Assembly: GCA_020184695.1 (NCBI GenBank)
Contig: JAANOX010000026.1
Location: 138,178-202,177, forward strand
Reading direction: 5' to 3'
Origin: Histomonas meleagridis 2922-C6/04-290x
Lineage: Eukaryota; Protista; Parabasalia
DNA: 64,000 nt
The translations under genes were made by a program, and so were the position numbers. Positions within the stretch are counted from its first letter, which is position 1. Each line of letters begins with the position of its first letter. The notes beneath the pieces are model-generated. The model worked only from the letters and a program-made list of their open reading frames with translations. It did no database searches and was not told the origin of the DNA. Shown one piece after another: positions 11,418 to 22,784 of this stretch.

Positions 11418-12741
11418 ATGTTGAAGTTTGTCTTTTTTTTTTATCATTATCATACCTACAAAACATGTTTGTTCTATTGTAATAAAAATAGCAAATATTG
11501 GAAAAGTTATGAGTTTACAATTGCAAAACAAAGATATTGAAGAGTTAGTTTTTGCCACAAATGTTAAAATTATAGGAAGATATGCTTTTATAGGATGGGA
11601 ATTCTTAAAAAAAGTTTATTTTCGAAATTATACCGAACTAATTGAAGAGGGTTCTTTTAAAAATTGTATTAATTTGGAATTTGTTGAATTTGGAGCGAGT
11701 ATTAATAGAATTGAAAATATGGCATTCGAAAATTGCTTTGCTTTAAAAGAAATAATACTTCCTGATTCATTAAATTATATAGGAAGTTATTCATTTAAAG
11801 CGTGTTCAAGTGCCCAATCACTTTATTTAGGAAATAATTTAAATAAAATATCTATTGGTGCCTTTGGATATTGTTATTCAATTCTAGCTATTGTTGTTCC
11901 AAGGTCAGTAGAAATATTTATGGATTCTGTTTTCGTAAGATGTGTAAATCTTAAATATATTAGTTTTGAAGAAGGATGTCAAATTCGTGAATTTCATCCT
12001 TATACATTTAGTGAATGTATGTCTCTAGAAGAGTTTATATTTCCTAGATATGTGGTAGAAATTGGACATTCATGCTTTGAATTTTGTTATAAATTAGAAA
12101 GAATTGTATTCAATAATTTATTAGAAATAATAACCCCAGAAGCATTTTATAACTGCACATCATTATTAAATTTCGAAATTCCTGAAGATAATCACTATTT
12201 TTCTACCTTTAATAATGATGGGATTCTATATGATAAAGGTATCATATCATTAAAGCATTTCCCAAAAGGAAAAATGATTGAAACTTATATTATTCCAGAC
12301 ACCATAAGATATATTTGTAGTTATGCACTTTCATATTGTATAAATATAAAATTAATACTCTTTAACAATAATTTATTAGAAATTAGAACACATTCTTTTG
12401 AAGGATGTATAGGCTTAACAATAGTCTACTTGCCAAATTCTTTAAAGTTAATTGCTGTTAGAGCTTTCAAAAATTGCATAAATTTAAACAAAATATTTCT
12501 TGGAAAAAATATAAAAGCTATTGAAAAATTTGCATTTGATTTTTGTCATCGACTTTCATGTGTTTATTATTTTGGAACTAAAAAAATAGTATTAAGTCCT
12601 TATTCTTTTATAAATAGTGGAGTTAATGTGATCATAACAACTACTAAATTTAGATATTTAACTATGGGCAATCTTCCAGTTTTTAAGGCCAATGAACCCA
12701 TTGGTGAATGTCCTCCAATTTCATTATATACAAATGACTAA
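11418..12741 (+). CDS. BspA-family (TpLRR) leucine-rich-repeat surface protein
   Basis: Repeated 'LPDSLNYIGSYSFKAC' / 'I...AF..C..L' units. The probable signal peptide from ATG 11418 is out of frame by one T in a T10 run. Confidence 0.85.
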
Positions 12742-12889
12742 CGCCAACTCCCCCATAATTATATCTTTTTTTTCTAATGCTCACTGAGTAAAAATTCATT
12801 TTCCAAAGACTTTATTTAAATGATCAATTTAAAGGATTATAATAAAAAATTACACATTTTTAATAAAGACAAATTTGAACAAAATGATT

Positions 12890-13528
12890 TTATTCCGGAT
12901 TCAAATCAATGAGATTATCTTCATCTTCGAGATGATCATCATTTTTCTGAGGTGGAGGAGTTTGTTGTTGTGGCTCTTGCTGCTGATTTTGTTGGTGATG
13001 ACGCGCATATGCTTGTGGATAGCTTGGCGGTTGTGGAGATTGATTCTGAGGAGGACGAACATAATCACTAAGACCTTCAGGTACATCCCAAGATGGAGTC
13101 ACAAGAAGCGGACCCATTGGCGCAGCGAATGGAATTGCTCCAGTGTCGCTTATGTGGACATCAAGATATACCATTGGTATTCCTTTTTGAGGTGTCTTTG
13201 TAAGCATCGGAAATGCAAATCGTACCATACAGTTTACCGAAAACCAAGTCAAAGGAATAGTTACTCTTGAGCATTCTTTCAATAAATAATTTTGTTCAAC
13301 ATCTGAAATTGTAACACAAATAAATGAATCACGAGGATCTGCAAAACGAAAACTCCACGAAGTGGTTGTAACTAAAATCTCTGTTCCAGAAACATCTGTT
13401 GTAGCTCCATCAGCAATTGGGAGTAATTGTACTGTCACCTTTTTTGGACCTTTTGATTCATTACCTCCAGGGAAAGTAATTTGACCAATTCTGATGTGTA
13501 CAAATCGCGGAGAGTTTAAGTTCATCAT
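12890..13528 (-). CDS. Hypothetical protein (C2-like beta fold, Q/P-rich tail)
   Basis: 212-aa ORF with coding-like composition; fold assignment is tentative. Confidence 0.7.
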   Translation of the reverse strand: MMNLNSPRFVHIRIGQITFPGGNESKGPKKVTVQLLPIADGATTDVSGTEILVTTTSWSFRFADPRDSFICVTISDVEQNYLLKECSRVTIPLTWFSVNCMVRFAFPMLTKTPQKGIPMVYLDVHISDTGAIPFAAPMGPLLVTPSWDVPEGLSDYVRPPQNQSPQPPSYPQAYARHHQQNQQQEPQQQTPPPQKNDDHLEDEDNLIDLNPE

Positions 13529-13929
13529 TTTTCAAAAATACAAAATCCAATCCCAACGGTTTTAACTTCAATTCAAAATTGAACACGATTCAATATTTAT
13601 GTAAAATATGATCGGTCACCGAAAATTCCGTTAATTTGATTCAACAAATTCGTAATCATTAAACGCGTCCATTTTAGTTCTCATTAGAATCAGTTAAAAA
13701 ATGCTCTTTGGGATGAAATATATTGAGAATAAATTTAACAATAATAATACAAGAAAAATGATATTCTTTGAGAAATTTCAGATGTTTGTTAGTAACGATA
13801 CCAATTTTTGAAAACCGAAATTGAATAACTTATTCACAAAGTGTCAGCGAAATCGAATTTGTGATCGTTTTCAACAGAAACATCATTCAAAAATTCGGAA
13901 TTTCTATTAACAAAATTTATATTTTATTT

Positions 13930-15513
13930 TTATTTACTTAACATTGAACAATAATTATTTAATTGTGATATAATATAATTTGCCCTTTCCATTACGTTCT
14001 CGTTGCTCACCTCTATTAAGTCATCCAGCCTTTTGTTCAGTTCCTCATCGATGAACAATTGCATCATTTCGTACTTTTGCGACATGAATATTACTCTAAT
14101 GAAGTCGATTATCGCGTCCAAACATCTCATTGTCACATTGAAGCATCCGCAGTCAAGTAGCTCGACCAAAAGTCCGACAAGTTCCGGTGTTATAAGAGAA
14201 AATGTTATTGCGTCAGATGAGAACACAATTAAAGTTGCCAACAAAAATGTTATTTCCTTCTTGATATCAAATGTGCATTCGTTTGATAATGCGATTAATT
14301 GTTGTATGAAAGTTGGGTTAAACATTGGTATGATCGCATCTGGGACTGATTCTAATAAGTTAGAGATGATCCAGAGTGTGTCTGAGACATATGTAGTGTG
14401 AAATAAGTTTATAAGTTTCGGTAAAAGTCCAAATGATAACATTTGCTTAATTTGTTGCGGCTGTGAGACGCTCATGTTGCCCGCAAGCTTTAACGCGGGG
14501 CCTTGGACTTCGGGGTCATCAAGAAGTGATATGATGTGCTCAACTATGCCATGTTCAAAAAATGAGAATATCAATGATGGAACTTTGTTGGTGATTTCGA
14601 CAAGACATTGGATAACTTGGATCACAGCAGATTTGGTTGGAAGGCCTAAAAGTTCAATGATGGAATCAATACATGATTTGAGAATTGTAGAATCGGCTTC
14701 TCCGTCAAATGAAAAGATTATCCGTAAACACTCGCATGCAGCTGTGGTGATGGGAATACTAATTTGACTTTTGGCAATTTCGATTAATTGTGAATGAAGA
14801 CCGATGCATAAAATGGCATCTTGGGCATAATGTGATGATGCACTGATGGAGCGAATGAGGTTTAAAGATGATTCAATGATGCTGATGTTGCGTGAATCCA
14901 AAAAATCTAATAAATAAAAACAGATTCCATCATTAACAATTTCTTCTTGAAGACCCCCACAAAGAGGAAATACACAGGATAATGCATTGATGAGTAAAGA
15001 AAGGATATCTTGTGAAATAAAATCGAGCGTTAAAGAATTTGTTAATACATGAATAAATTCTTCGCTTTTAAGAATGTGCCGAAGTGGACATGGCTTCTGT
15101 GTTGAAAAATGGATAAGTGATTTGGCAAAATTTTCAATTCCTTTTGTATCAGTTGAACTTAAAATTTCGATTGCTGCTGGTATATCGACACGTGTCTTTT
15201 CAAAATCTTCCAATTCTTTAGCGAGGTTACCAAATGAAGAACTGTGACTCATTATATGGACTTGATTTGGAAAAAAAATTTTGCGTAATTTCATTGTTCT
15301 TTCTGATCTTTCCTTTGACAGCTTTTCATTGTAATTGTTTAGGTCAGCGCCACTATTTCTTAAAGATGAAAATGAATCCAAATTGCTTGAGCAATCAACA
15401 CTAAAAGGTGCAAACCTCGGGCTGGCTTTGCTGCTCAATTGGAAAAATGGTCGTTTTTCAAAAAAAAGATATTTGTGAGAATAACCATCCTTCCACACAA
15501 TATTTGAATACAT
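13930..15513 (-). CDS. Armadillo-repeat protein (importin-alpha-like)
   Basis: ARM repeat segments such as 'PALKLAGNMS', 'TLWIISNL' and 'IKKEITFLLATL'. Confidence 0.75.
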   Translation of the reverse strand: MYSNIVWKDGYSHKYLFFEKRPFFQLSSKASPRFAPFSVDCSSNLDSFSSLRNSGADLNNYNEKLSKERSERTMKLRKIFFPNQVHIMSHSSSFGNLAKELEDFEKTRVDIPAAIEILSSTDTKGIENFAKSLIHFSTQKPCPLRHILKSEEFIHVLTNSLTLDFISQDILSLLINALSCVFPLCGGLQEEIVNDGICFYLLDFLDSRNISIIESSLNLIRSISASSHYAQDAILCIGLHSQLIEIAKSQISIPITTAACECLRIIFSFDGEADSTILKSCIDSIIELLGLPTKSAVIQVIQCLVEITNKVPSLIFSFFEHGIVEHIISLLDDPEVQGPALKLAGNMSVSQPQQIKQMLSFGLLPKLINLFHTTYVSDTLWIISNLLESVPDAIIPMFNPTFIQQLIALSNECTFDIKKEITFLLATLIVFSSDAITFSLITPELVGLLVELLDCGCFNVTMRCLDAIIDFIRVIFMSQKYEMMQLFIDEELNKRLDDLIEVSNENVMERANYIISQLNNYCSMLSK

Positions 15514-15750
15514 GAAATCGGTTTATCTATCAAAAAGACGCAGGACTCTTCACGATGAAAAATCTTATCTCGATAAAATCACGTTGATTTCTATCTTTCA
15601 TCTGATAAAAATACCAAACTTAAGCATGTTTTTGCTACATAAGAAAAAATTTAAATGATTGTATAAACAGAGACGCTCGGGAAACGCAGAAATGTCACTT
15701 TTTTGGAAAAAACGTTAGAAAGCGATGGCTTCTCCTTTTTCGTTTTAAGA

Positions 15751-17037
15751 ATGCTGAGGTATTTCGCAAAAGCTGCAAATGTTCCTCGCACACATATCTC
15801 AATTGTAGGATTTATGAATGCAGGTAAATCATCATTAATGAATGCTATTACACAACAACCTACATCAATCGTTGATAATACACCAGGAACTACAGCAGAT
15901 ACTAAAATTGCATTAATGGAAATTCATAAAATAGGACCTTGCAAGCTTCTTGATACAGCAGGTGTTGATGAGACTGGTGCTCTTGGTAAGAAGAAACTTC
16001 AAAAAACATTAAGTGCAGTCAAAGAAAGTGATGTAGTGCTTTTTACAATCGACCCAGATAGCTTTTCTGTTGAACCATTAAAGCCTGTTCTTGAATTATC
16101 ACAACGTCGTGGGAAAACATCAGCTTTAATTTTCAATCAAATCAATAAAGATAACAAAGAATTTGACAAAAAGAAAGCAAAGATAGAACAAGAAATTTAT
16201 GCGGTTACAAAAACTAAGCTACCATCTCTAGTTATCAATGCACAAGATTCTAAACAAACAAATTCCAAAGTTATTCCATTCATTGCTAATCTTAAGAAAC
16301 AAGCTCCTGTTATTCCTCTTGTTCCATCCAAGTTCATTGGTAAAGATAAAATAATTATGATGAATGTTCCTCTTGACATTGAGTCACCAACAGGCCGGCT
16401 CTTGCGCCCTCAAACTATGCTTCTAGAGTATTCATTACGTCATACATCGTCCGTATTAGTGTACAATATGGATCTAAAAACTGCTCGAAGCGACAAATCA
16501 AATTCAGAGAATAACCGTTTTAACGATCAAATCAAAAAAGTGACACCTTCTTTATTAGTTACAGATTCACAAGCAATAGATATCATTCATAAATGGACTC
16601 CATTAAATATCCCAATCACAACTTTTTCGGTAATGATGGCTAATATTCAAAGTGGTGGAAAACTTAAAACATTCATTAAAGGAATTGAAGCATTGGGTAA
16701 ATTAAAACCTGGAGATAAAGTACTAATATGTGAAGCATGTAATCATGATAGAATTGGAGATGATATTGGTACAGTGCAATTACCAACAAAATTAAAGAAA
16801 AAGTTTCCATTTATAAAAATTGATTGGGCATTTGGAAGAAGTTACGAAAATAAGAAACTTAGCGACTATGCAGTGGCATTACATTGTGGTGGTTGTATGA
16901 TTAGTACACAACAAATGATTTCAAGAATACAAGACCTACAAGAAACTGGCGTTCCTGTAGCAAATTATGGATTGGCGTTATCATGGCTAGCAAGCCCTGT
17001 CGCAATGGAAAGGGTGTTAAAACCATGGAATGAATAA
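15751..17037 (+). CDS. hydF: [FeFe]-hydrogenase maturation GTPase HydF, hydrogenosomal
   Basis: GFMNAGKSS P-loop, PGTT, DTAG, CEACNH and HCGGCM cluster motifs. N-terminus MLRYFA resembles a hydrogenosomal presequence. Confidence 0.95.
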   Translation: MLRYFAKAANVPRTHISIVGFMNAGKSSLMNAITQQPTSIVDNTPGTTADTKIALMEIHKIGPCKLLDTAGVDETGALGKKKLQKTLSAVKESDVVLFTIDPDSFSVEPLKPVLELSQRRGKTSALIFNQINKDNKEFDKKKAKIEQEIYAVTKTKLPSLVINAQDSKQTNSKVIPFIANLKKQAPVIPLVPSKFIGKDKIIMMNVPLDIESPTGRLLRPQTMLLEYSLRHTSSVLVYNMDLKTARSDKSNSENNRFNDQIKKVTPSLLVTDSQAIDIIHKWTPLNIPITTFSVMMANIQSGGKLKTFIKGIEALGKLKPGDKVLICEACNHDRIGDDIGTVQLPTKLKKKFPFIKIDWAFGRSYENKKLSDYAVALHCGGCMISTQQMISRIQDLQETGVPVANYGLALSWLASPVAMERVLKPWNE

Positions 17038-19384
17038 AGATACATTTGGACGAGCAGAAACTTCCTTCAGGGTGCCCCGTTTCGTTTAAACGGGCGCAAT
17101 AATGGAATAACGTTTTTCGGTGAGACAATGTGAATTTTAATTTCTGATAAAAACAGACGGTTGACACTCTAGCCGTAATTTCTTCTCAAAAATTATCATT
17201 CAATTTCATCTATCGGAGCGGCTCCCAGTTTTTCCTAGAAAATTTCCGTTATTTTTTCTGATGTTTATTCTTTACATGTATCGTAATTCAATATTGAAAA
17301 CTTTATTGTTAGAAAAAGTTTCATCTTGGAATTAAATGATTTACTTACGCACTTTTTCCTTGTTATCCTTCGCGCTTGCCATTTTTTACTATATCATGTC
17401 AACCAGCATGCTTCCATAAATAAAATGATTTGATTCATTTTTTTATCAATTTTTTTTTTCTTTTTTTCTATTCTCTTAATTTTTTTTTTATTACAATATT
17501 TTGATGTTATTTATTTCATTTTATCTCTTATATCCATTCCCCTCTATTGTAAAAAATATTTAAAATGAAGTAATTAAAAAATATTGGAGAAATTTTAAAA
17601 AAAAATTACAATTGCAAATTACAAGATAACATCATAATATTATCAGATTATTTTTTAAATTTAAAATATGTATACTAATATTATTTATTTGATGTATAAG
17701 AATTGTATTTAAATATAGATAATAATAAGAAACATATATTTGAAATCAGATTTCTCATGTTCCAACTTTTTAGGTCTTTTCTATGTTTTTTGATCGTATT
17801 TTCTTGTTATAGATATTTTTATCTCCAAATCAAATAATAATTTACAAAAATAATATGATAGCATCAATTGGAATTATTATGTCGTTTATTATATTTTGAA
17901 ATCAATTTTCATGATTTTTTAAGTTATAAAATGAACAGAACTCAATATTAATTGAATATATATCAAAATTAATAGAAAATTTAAATATATTATATATTTA
18001 TCAATAATGTGATATAGAGATTTATCAGCCTTTTAATTTGAAGTGAAATTGATTATCTATCATAAAAAAATTTAAATTAAAATAATTTAGTATTTAACAA
18101 AGAGCATTCATAATTATAAATATTTTTTGATTCACAGATTAAAATTATCAATGTGTATCGATTTATTAACAAAACAATATTTTTCCAGTGGCGACCGTTT
18201 GGAGTACAACCTTAAATTACTTTTTGAACAATAATAAGTTGATATTACAGGTTAAGATCGATGTTTATTATAAAATGGGTTTAACTATTTTAAAGAAAAA
18301 GTGATTGAATATCAAAAATAAAGCAAAAATATTTTTTAAAATTGCTAAATATTCATGAATTAAATAGCTATTTAATTATATATTGTAATATTATATTCAG
18401 AATTTAAAGAGAGAAAAAAATTCGAAAAATTGATTATTCATAAATTCAAGCCTTTTCTTCCTGCTCATAGGATATTGACCTAAATTATTAGTCAGATATT
18501 AACTTCAATCATTTCTATTATTTTGTTTTCATTATTTTTGATTTTGTGCGTAATCTGTATTTGATATATTAATGATTTTTCAATTAAAAATATTATCTTA
18601 TTAAAGATTGTTTTCTCAAAGTTAATGAAAAAAGACATGTAAATAATATCATTAATTAATATTAAAATCAAATCAATTTATTTTCTTTATCCAATAATAA
18701 TTTTAGAAAAAATATTAGTTTGATGGAGGAAACTCTTTTTGAGCTTTGCTCAAAAAGTGGCATTACTTGTAAATTTTAAAAATAGAAATAAAATTTTTAA
18801 TGCTTAATATTTCATCAAAATTAGGAATTATATGAAATTAATAGTCATTTATGTCTTTTCTTACATAATTTATTACAGTTTGGTATGAAAATTATAAATT
18901 ATTGACTTTTAATTTTTGGATTTTTTGGAATTTTAAAAAAATTATTTTTTCGACGGTTGTCATTACATCACAATAAAAAAGTGGGAAATTGTGGCAATAA
19001 CCGCCAAAAAAGGGGAACAAAAGAGGAACAGTTGGCACACTCCCCCCATTATACATAACTTTCCAAATGATATTATACAAATTTGTATAATATGTTATAT
19101 TTTTAATTGTAATTCATTCTTTAATTATTTTTTAAAAAAAGTGTTACAATGGAATTTTTTGATATAAAAATAAGTTCTTGAAATTACTAATTTTAATATA
19201 ATTCTTTATTTTTAACACTTTTTTTAGTCTTATCATTTCATCTTAAAAAAAAAATAAGCTACACTATTTCGCTTTAATCCTAAAAAATCGACTTCTCAGT
19301 ATAATTATTGGTTCTTAGCTCAATAGTTGCAGGAAAAATATAGATTTTTCATATAAAAATATTTTTAATACATACAGTATAAGC

Positions 19385-20655
19385 TTATACACCTATTTTG
19401 GCACCTTTTTCACAAAGAAATTTTTTTATTTCTTTGTAACCCATCTTAATAGCAATTTCAATAGCTGTTTCAAATTATTGAAACATATTTCAAATTATTA
19501 AAACATATTCCAAATTATTAAAATGAATATATTTTGCATTAACATCAATTCCTTTATCTAAAAGTAATTTTACTATTTCTATATTATTATTTCTTACTGA
19601 TATATGAAGTGCTGTTTCAAATGATTAAAACATATTTCAAATTATTAAAACATAAATAAAATTATTAAAACATATTAAAAATTATTCAAATGAATAGTTT
19701 TTGCATTAACATCAATTCCTTCTTTATCTAAAAGTAATTTTACTATTTCTATATTTCCTGATTTAACTGAGTATGGTAAAATTGTTTTTGGGATTTGTTG
19801 ACTTTCTATATCACTTTCTATTATGAATGTATTTCCTTTTGATGCTATTTCTTCTATAATTTCATTATTTATTTTCATTCCTTCTTTTTCTAAAAACATG
19901 AAGATTTCATAATTATGAAATTCTATACATTTTTTCCCAAGATATATTAAATTTTTTTCACTTAAATTACAATTATCTTGATTTTCGATATCAGAATTCG
20001 ATTTTGTAAAAGAAGAGTTTGATGATGAAAATTTTCCAATTTTATTTTCATAATGGTAACGAAAAATTTCATTTCGATGAAATTCTATTGCTGTTTCATA
20101 TGCTTCTTTAAATGATGAATTGTTTTGTTCACATAAATGAATAATTTCTATGTTTCCACCTGCAATTGCATATTTAGATGTATATTTAATATTCGAATTA
20201 TTTAATAATATATATTTAAAACATTTAATCGAACCAAAAAATGCTGCATAATCAATTAATGAAACATTTTCAGTATTAATAAATGAACATCTTTCATAAA
20301 GTGATGGCTTAATAAATTGATTAAAGTCAAATTCATTATTTGATGATATTTCTTGAAGCTTTTCTAAATCATCATTTCGAAGTACTTTGGCAATTTCTAA
20401 TGGATTAACTCCTTTGTTTACATATTTCATATGAAGTTTCCAATCATTTTTTGATAATTCATCAAATGCTGAGATGAACTCATCAAGGATTTGTGGTCTT
20501 GGAAATTTGTTCTTCAAATAATTTATTTCTTCTTTTGTTTTATATTGAGAAAAATTTAATGTGTTCATGTTCTTTAATGAAGATGGTTCTAGTATTTTTT
20601 CTTCGATAATCTTTTCAAGAAGGAAATATGATTCTTGCTTTTCTATTCCCAGCAA
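19385..20655 (-). pseudogene. DUF3447-ankyrin gene, copy B (5'-truncated or frameshifted), with 2 spacers
   Basis: Same DUF3447 motifs as copies A, C and D. No in-frame ATG upstream. Spacers at 19616-19698 (83 nt) and 19469-19531 (63 nt). The final ankyrin block ends GAKIGV*. Confidence 0.7.
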
Positions 20656-21346
20656 ATATTCATAAAATGTTCAAATGTGATATTAAAGTATGAACATATT
20701 AAAATGTGATATTAAAGTTTCCAATTCACCATTAATATTTTGATTTTATTTTTTTAGAAGACATGGTTTGGAAAATACGATATAACACAATCTCTGTTTG
20801 GGTGGTATAAAGGACACATATTTTCATATAAAAAAGAAAGTAAATTTTAAATTATCATTAAACCATAAATCACAGTGCAAGCTGAATGAATTTTGAAAAT
20901 CTTAATATTGTTTTTCATGAATATTTTTCATTAATTGTTAAATTTTTGTTAGCATATTTTGCCTTGAAAGAATTTTCATAGAGTCATTCTTGGTTTTTTT
21001 AAGAAAAAGATATACAAGATATGTGATTAATCAAATTTTGAACAAAAATTTTATTTCCCTGTTTTTGCTGATTCACTAATGACATCAATTGATCATCACA
21101 CAATGTTCAAGCAAAAATGAAAAAATTTCATAGTTATAGTATAAAATACATTTCTTTTCTAATTCTTCGAAATTAATTTTTTCTATTAGATCTTTTTTAA
21201 TTTATAGAAGCAAACTGTATTCGGTAGTTTTTCTAATTTATTTTTATAAATATATGAAAGAAATCATTTCATGTAATTTAATTGTATTTATATATCAGCA
21301 GTTAAATACATATTTGAAATGAGATTCTTGTTAAAATAAACAGGCT

Positions 21347-21419
21347 GGCCTCGTGGCCCAATGGATAAGGCGTGTCCCTCCTAAGGATAAGATTGCGGGT
21401 TCGACCCCTGCCGGGGCCC
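21347..21419 (+). tRNA. trnR-CCU: tRNA-Arg(CCT)
   Basis: Acceptor GGCCTCG/CGGGGCC, D-arm with TGG, anticodon stem TGTCC/GGATA with loop CT-CCT-AA, T-arm GCGGG-TTCGACC-CCTGC, followed by a T-run Pol III terminator. Confidence 0.97.
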
Positions 21420-21461
21420 TTTTTTGTTTTTTTTTATCTTGCTGACAATTAATAATTAAGT

Positions 21462-22622
21462 ATGGGCCAAACAGAATCAACAACTTCGGATTATAAAACA
21501 CAATACTGGCAACGTAACATTAAGGACCTTTTCACTTCTGTAAGGATTCTGGATCCATTTGATTTTTCTGTTGATTTTATCATTCCTGTTACACATACTT
21601 CAGAACATGAAAAACATATTGCATATGCCCTGATATCAAAGAAAGGGGAGGTGCAAATGTTGTTACATAATTCTCTTGAAATTTCATTAACAGAAGATTT
21701 TGGTGTAGAAATTACCTCTGCTTGTCGATTTGGAATTGATTCTTTTTTATTAGCATCAAATGCAAGTAAAATATTTTTGGTTACATATATGTACGACAAA
21801 TTCGAAAAACATGAATATTCAATAGAAAATCCAATTTTTTTTCAGCAAATCGATCGTAATTCTTTTGTAATTATAAGCAAGGAACAAGATGTATTTTTAG
21901 TTACCATAAATGGCGAAATTACAAAATTATGGTCTGTTGATGCTAATCAGACAATTATTGAATCCTTTGTTTTTATTGGAGATCCTAAGCCCATCCTTGT
22001 TATTTCTACCAAAGAGTCACTTGTTTTTGGCTTTCTTCAACCGAATTCCATCATTATGACATATGACAAATACTTTAATTCAAAACATTTTACACAACTA
22101 AGCTCCACCACACTGTTGTTTTCATGTTTATATGAGAATCGGCCCATCGTTTTTTCAGCCGATATTCGTAATGAAGATCTTGTCATTTCTGAATTCAAAC
22201 CTATTTCTAATATGCCTGATGCCTCGATTCTATCACTTACTGAAAACAATGCACTTATATATACCAAAAAAGAGATCATTTCATATTCTCCAACACGCCC
22301 ATATAAAACTTCGTTAAAATTTTCCAGCAACAACAAAATTTCTCAAATATTACCTATGTTTGAGCCACAAATCTTTTTAATAATCTTCGAGGATGGCTCT
22401 GTTTTCGTTTGCAGACATCCGAACTTTAACGAGCAAAGAAAAAGTGACATAGAAAAATCCGAGTTAACGAAATATCACTCGGCACCAATTAAGTTAGTTT
22501 GCACTGGTGAAGAGTTTTCGTTTCTTACCTGTGATAATGAAAATATTTGCGTTCTTTGGGAAAGTTTTCCTGATTGGTGGAATGCACCAAATGTATTAAA
22601 TATGTTTGACTCACCATGTTAA
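21462..22622 (+). CDS. Hypothetical protein (possible beta-propeller), MGxxxS myristoylation-like N-terminus
   Basis: 386-aa ORF with a WD-like C-terminal segment (YHSAPIKLVC...ICVLWE). Confidence 0.75.
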   Translation: MGQTESTTSDYKTQYWQRNIKDLFTSVRILDPFDFSVDFIIPVTHTSEHEKHIAYALISKKGEVQMLLHNSLEISLTEDFGVEITSACRFGIDSFLLASNASKIFLVTYMYDKFEKHEYSIENPIFFQQIDRNSFVIISKEQDVFLVTINGEITKLWSVDANQTIIESFVFIGDPKPILVISTKESLVFGFLQPNSIIMTYDKYFNSKHFTQLSSTTLLFSCLYENRPIVFSADIRNEDLVISEFKPISNMPDASILSLTENNALIYTKKEIISYSPTRPYKTSLKFSSNNKISQILPMFEPQIFLIIFEDGSVFVCRHPNFNEQRKSDIEKSELTKYHSAPIKLVCTGEEFSFLTCDNENICVLWESFPDWWNAPNVLNMFDSPC

Positions 22623-22784
22623 ATTGACTTTGTCAATAAAATCATTGTTTTCGTAATTTTTAAATTTCGTAATTACATTTGGTGATGAAAAGTTTATTAA
22701 TTAAGTGTTTTACGATATGAGTTTAAACTTTCATTATTTTTAAATTGATGTGCTTTTGCGTATTGCTTCAAGCACATTAAATAT

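Noticed and set aside
17045-17240. RNase MRP/P or snoRNA downstream of hydF
   Set aside because: There is only a loose resemblance to CR-V (ACGAAACGGGGC), with no convincing CR-I pairing or C/D box pair.
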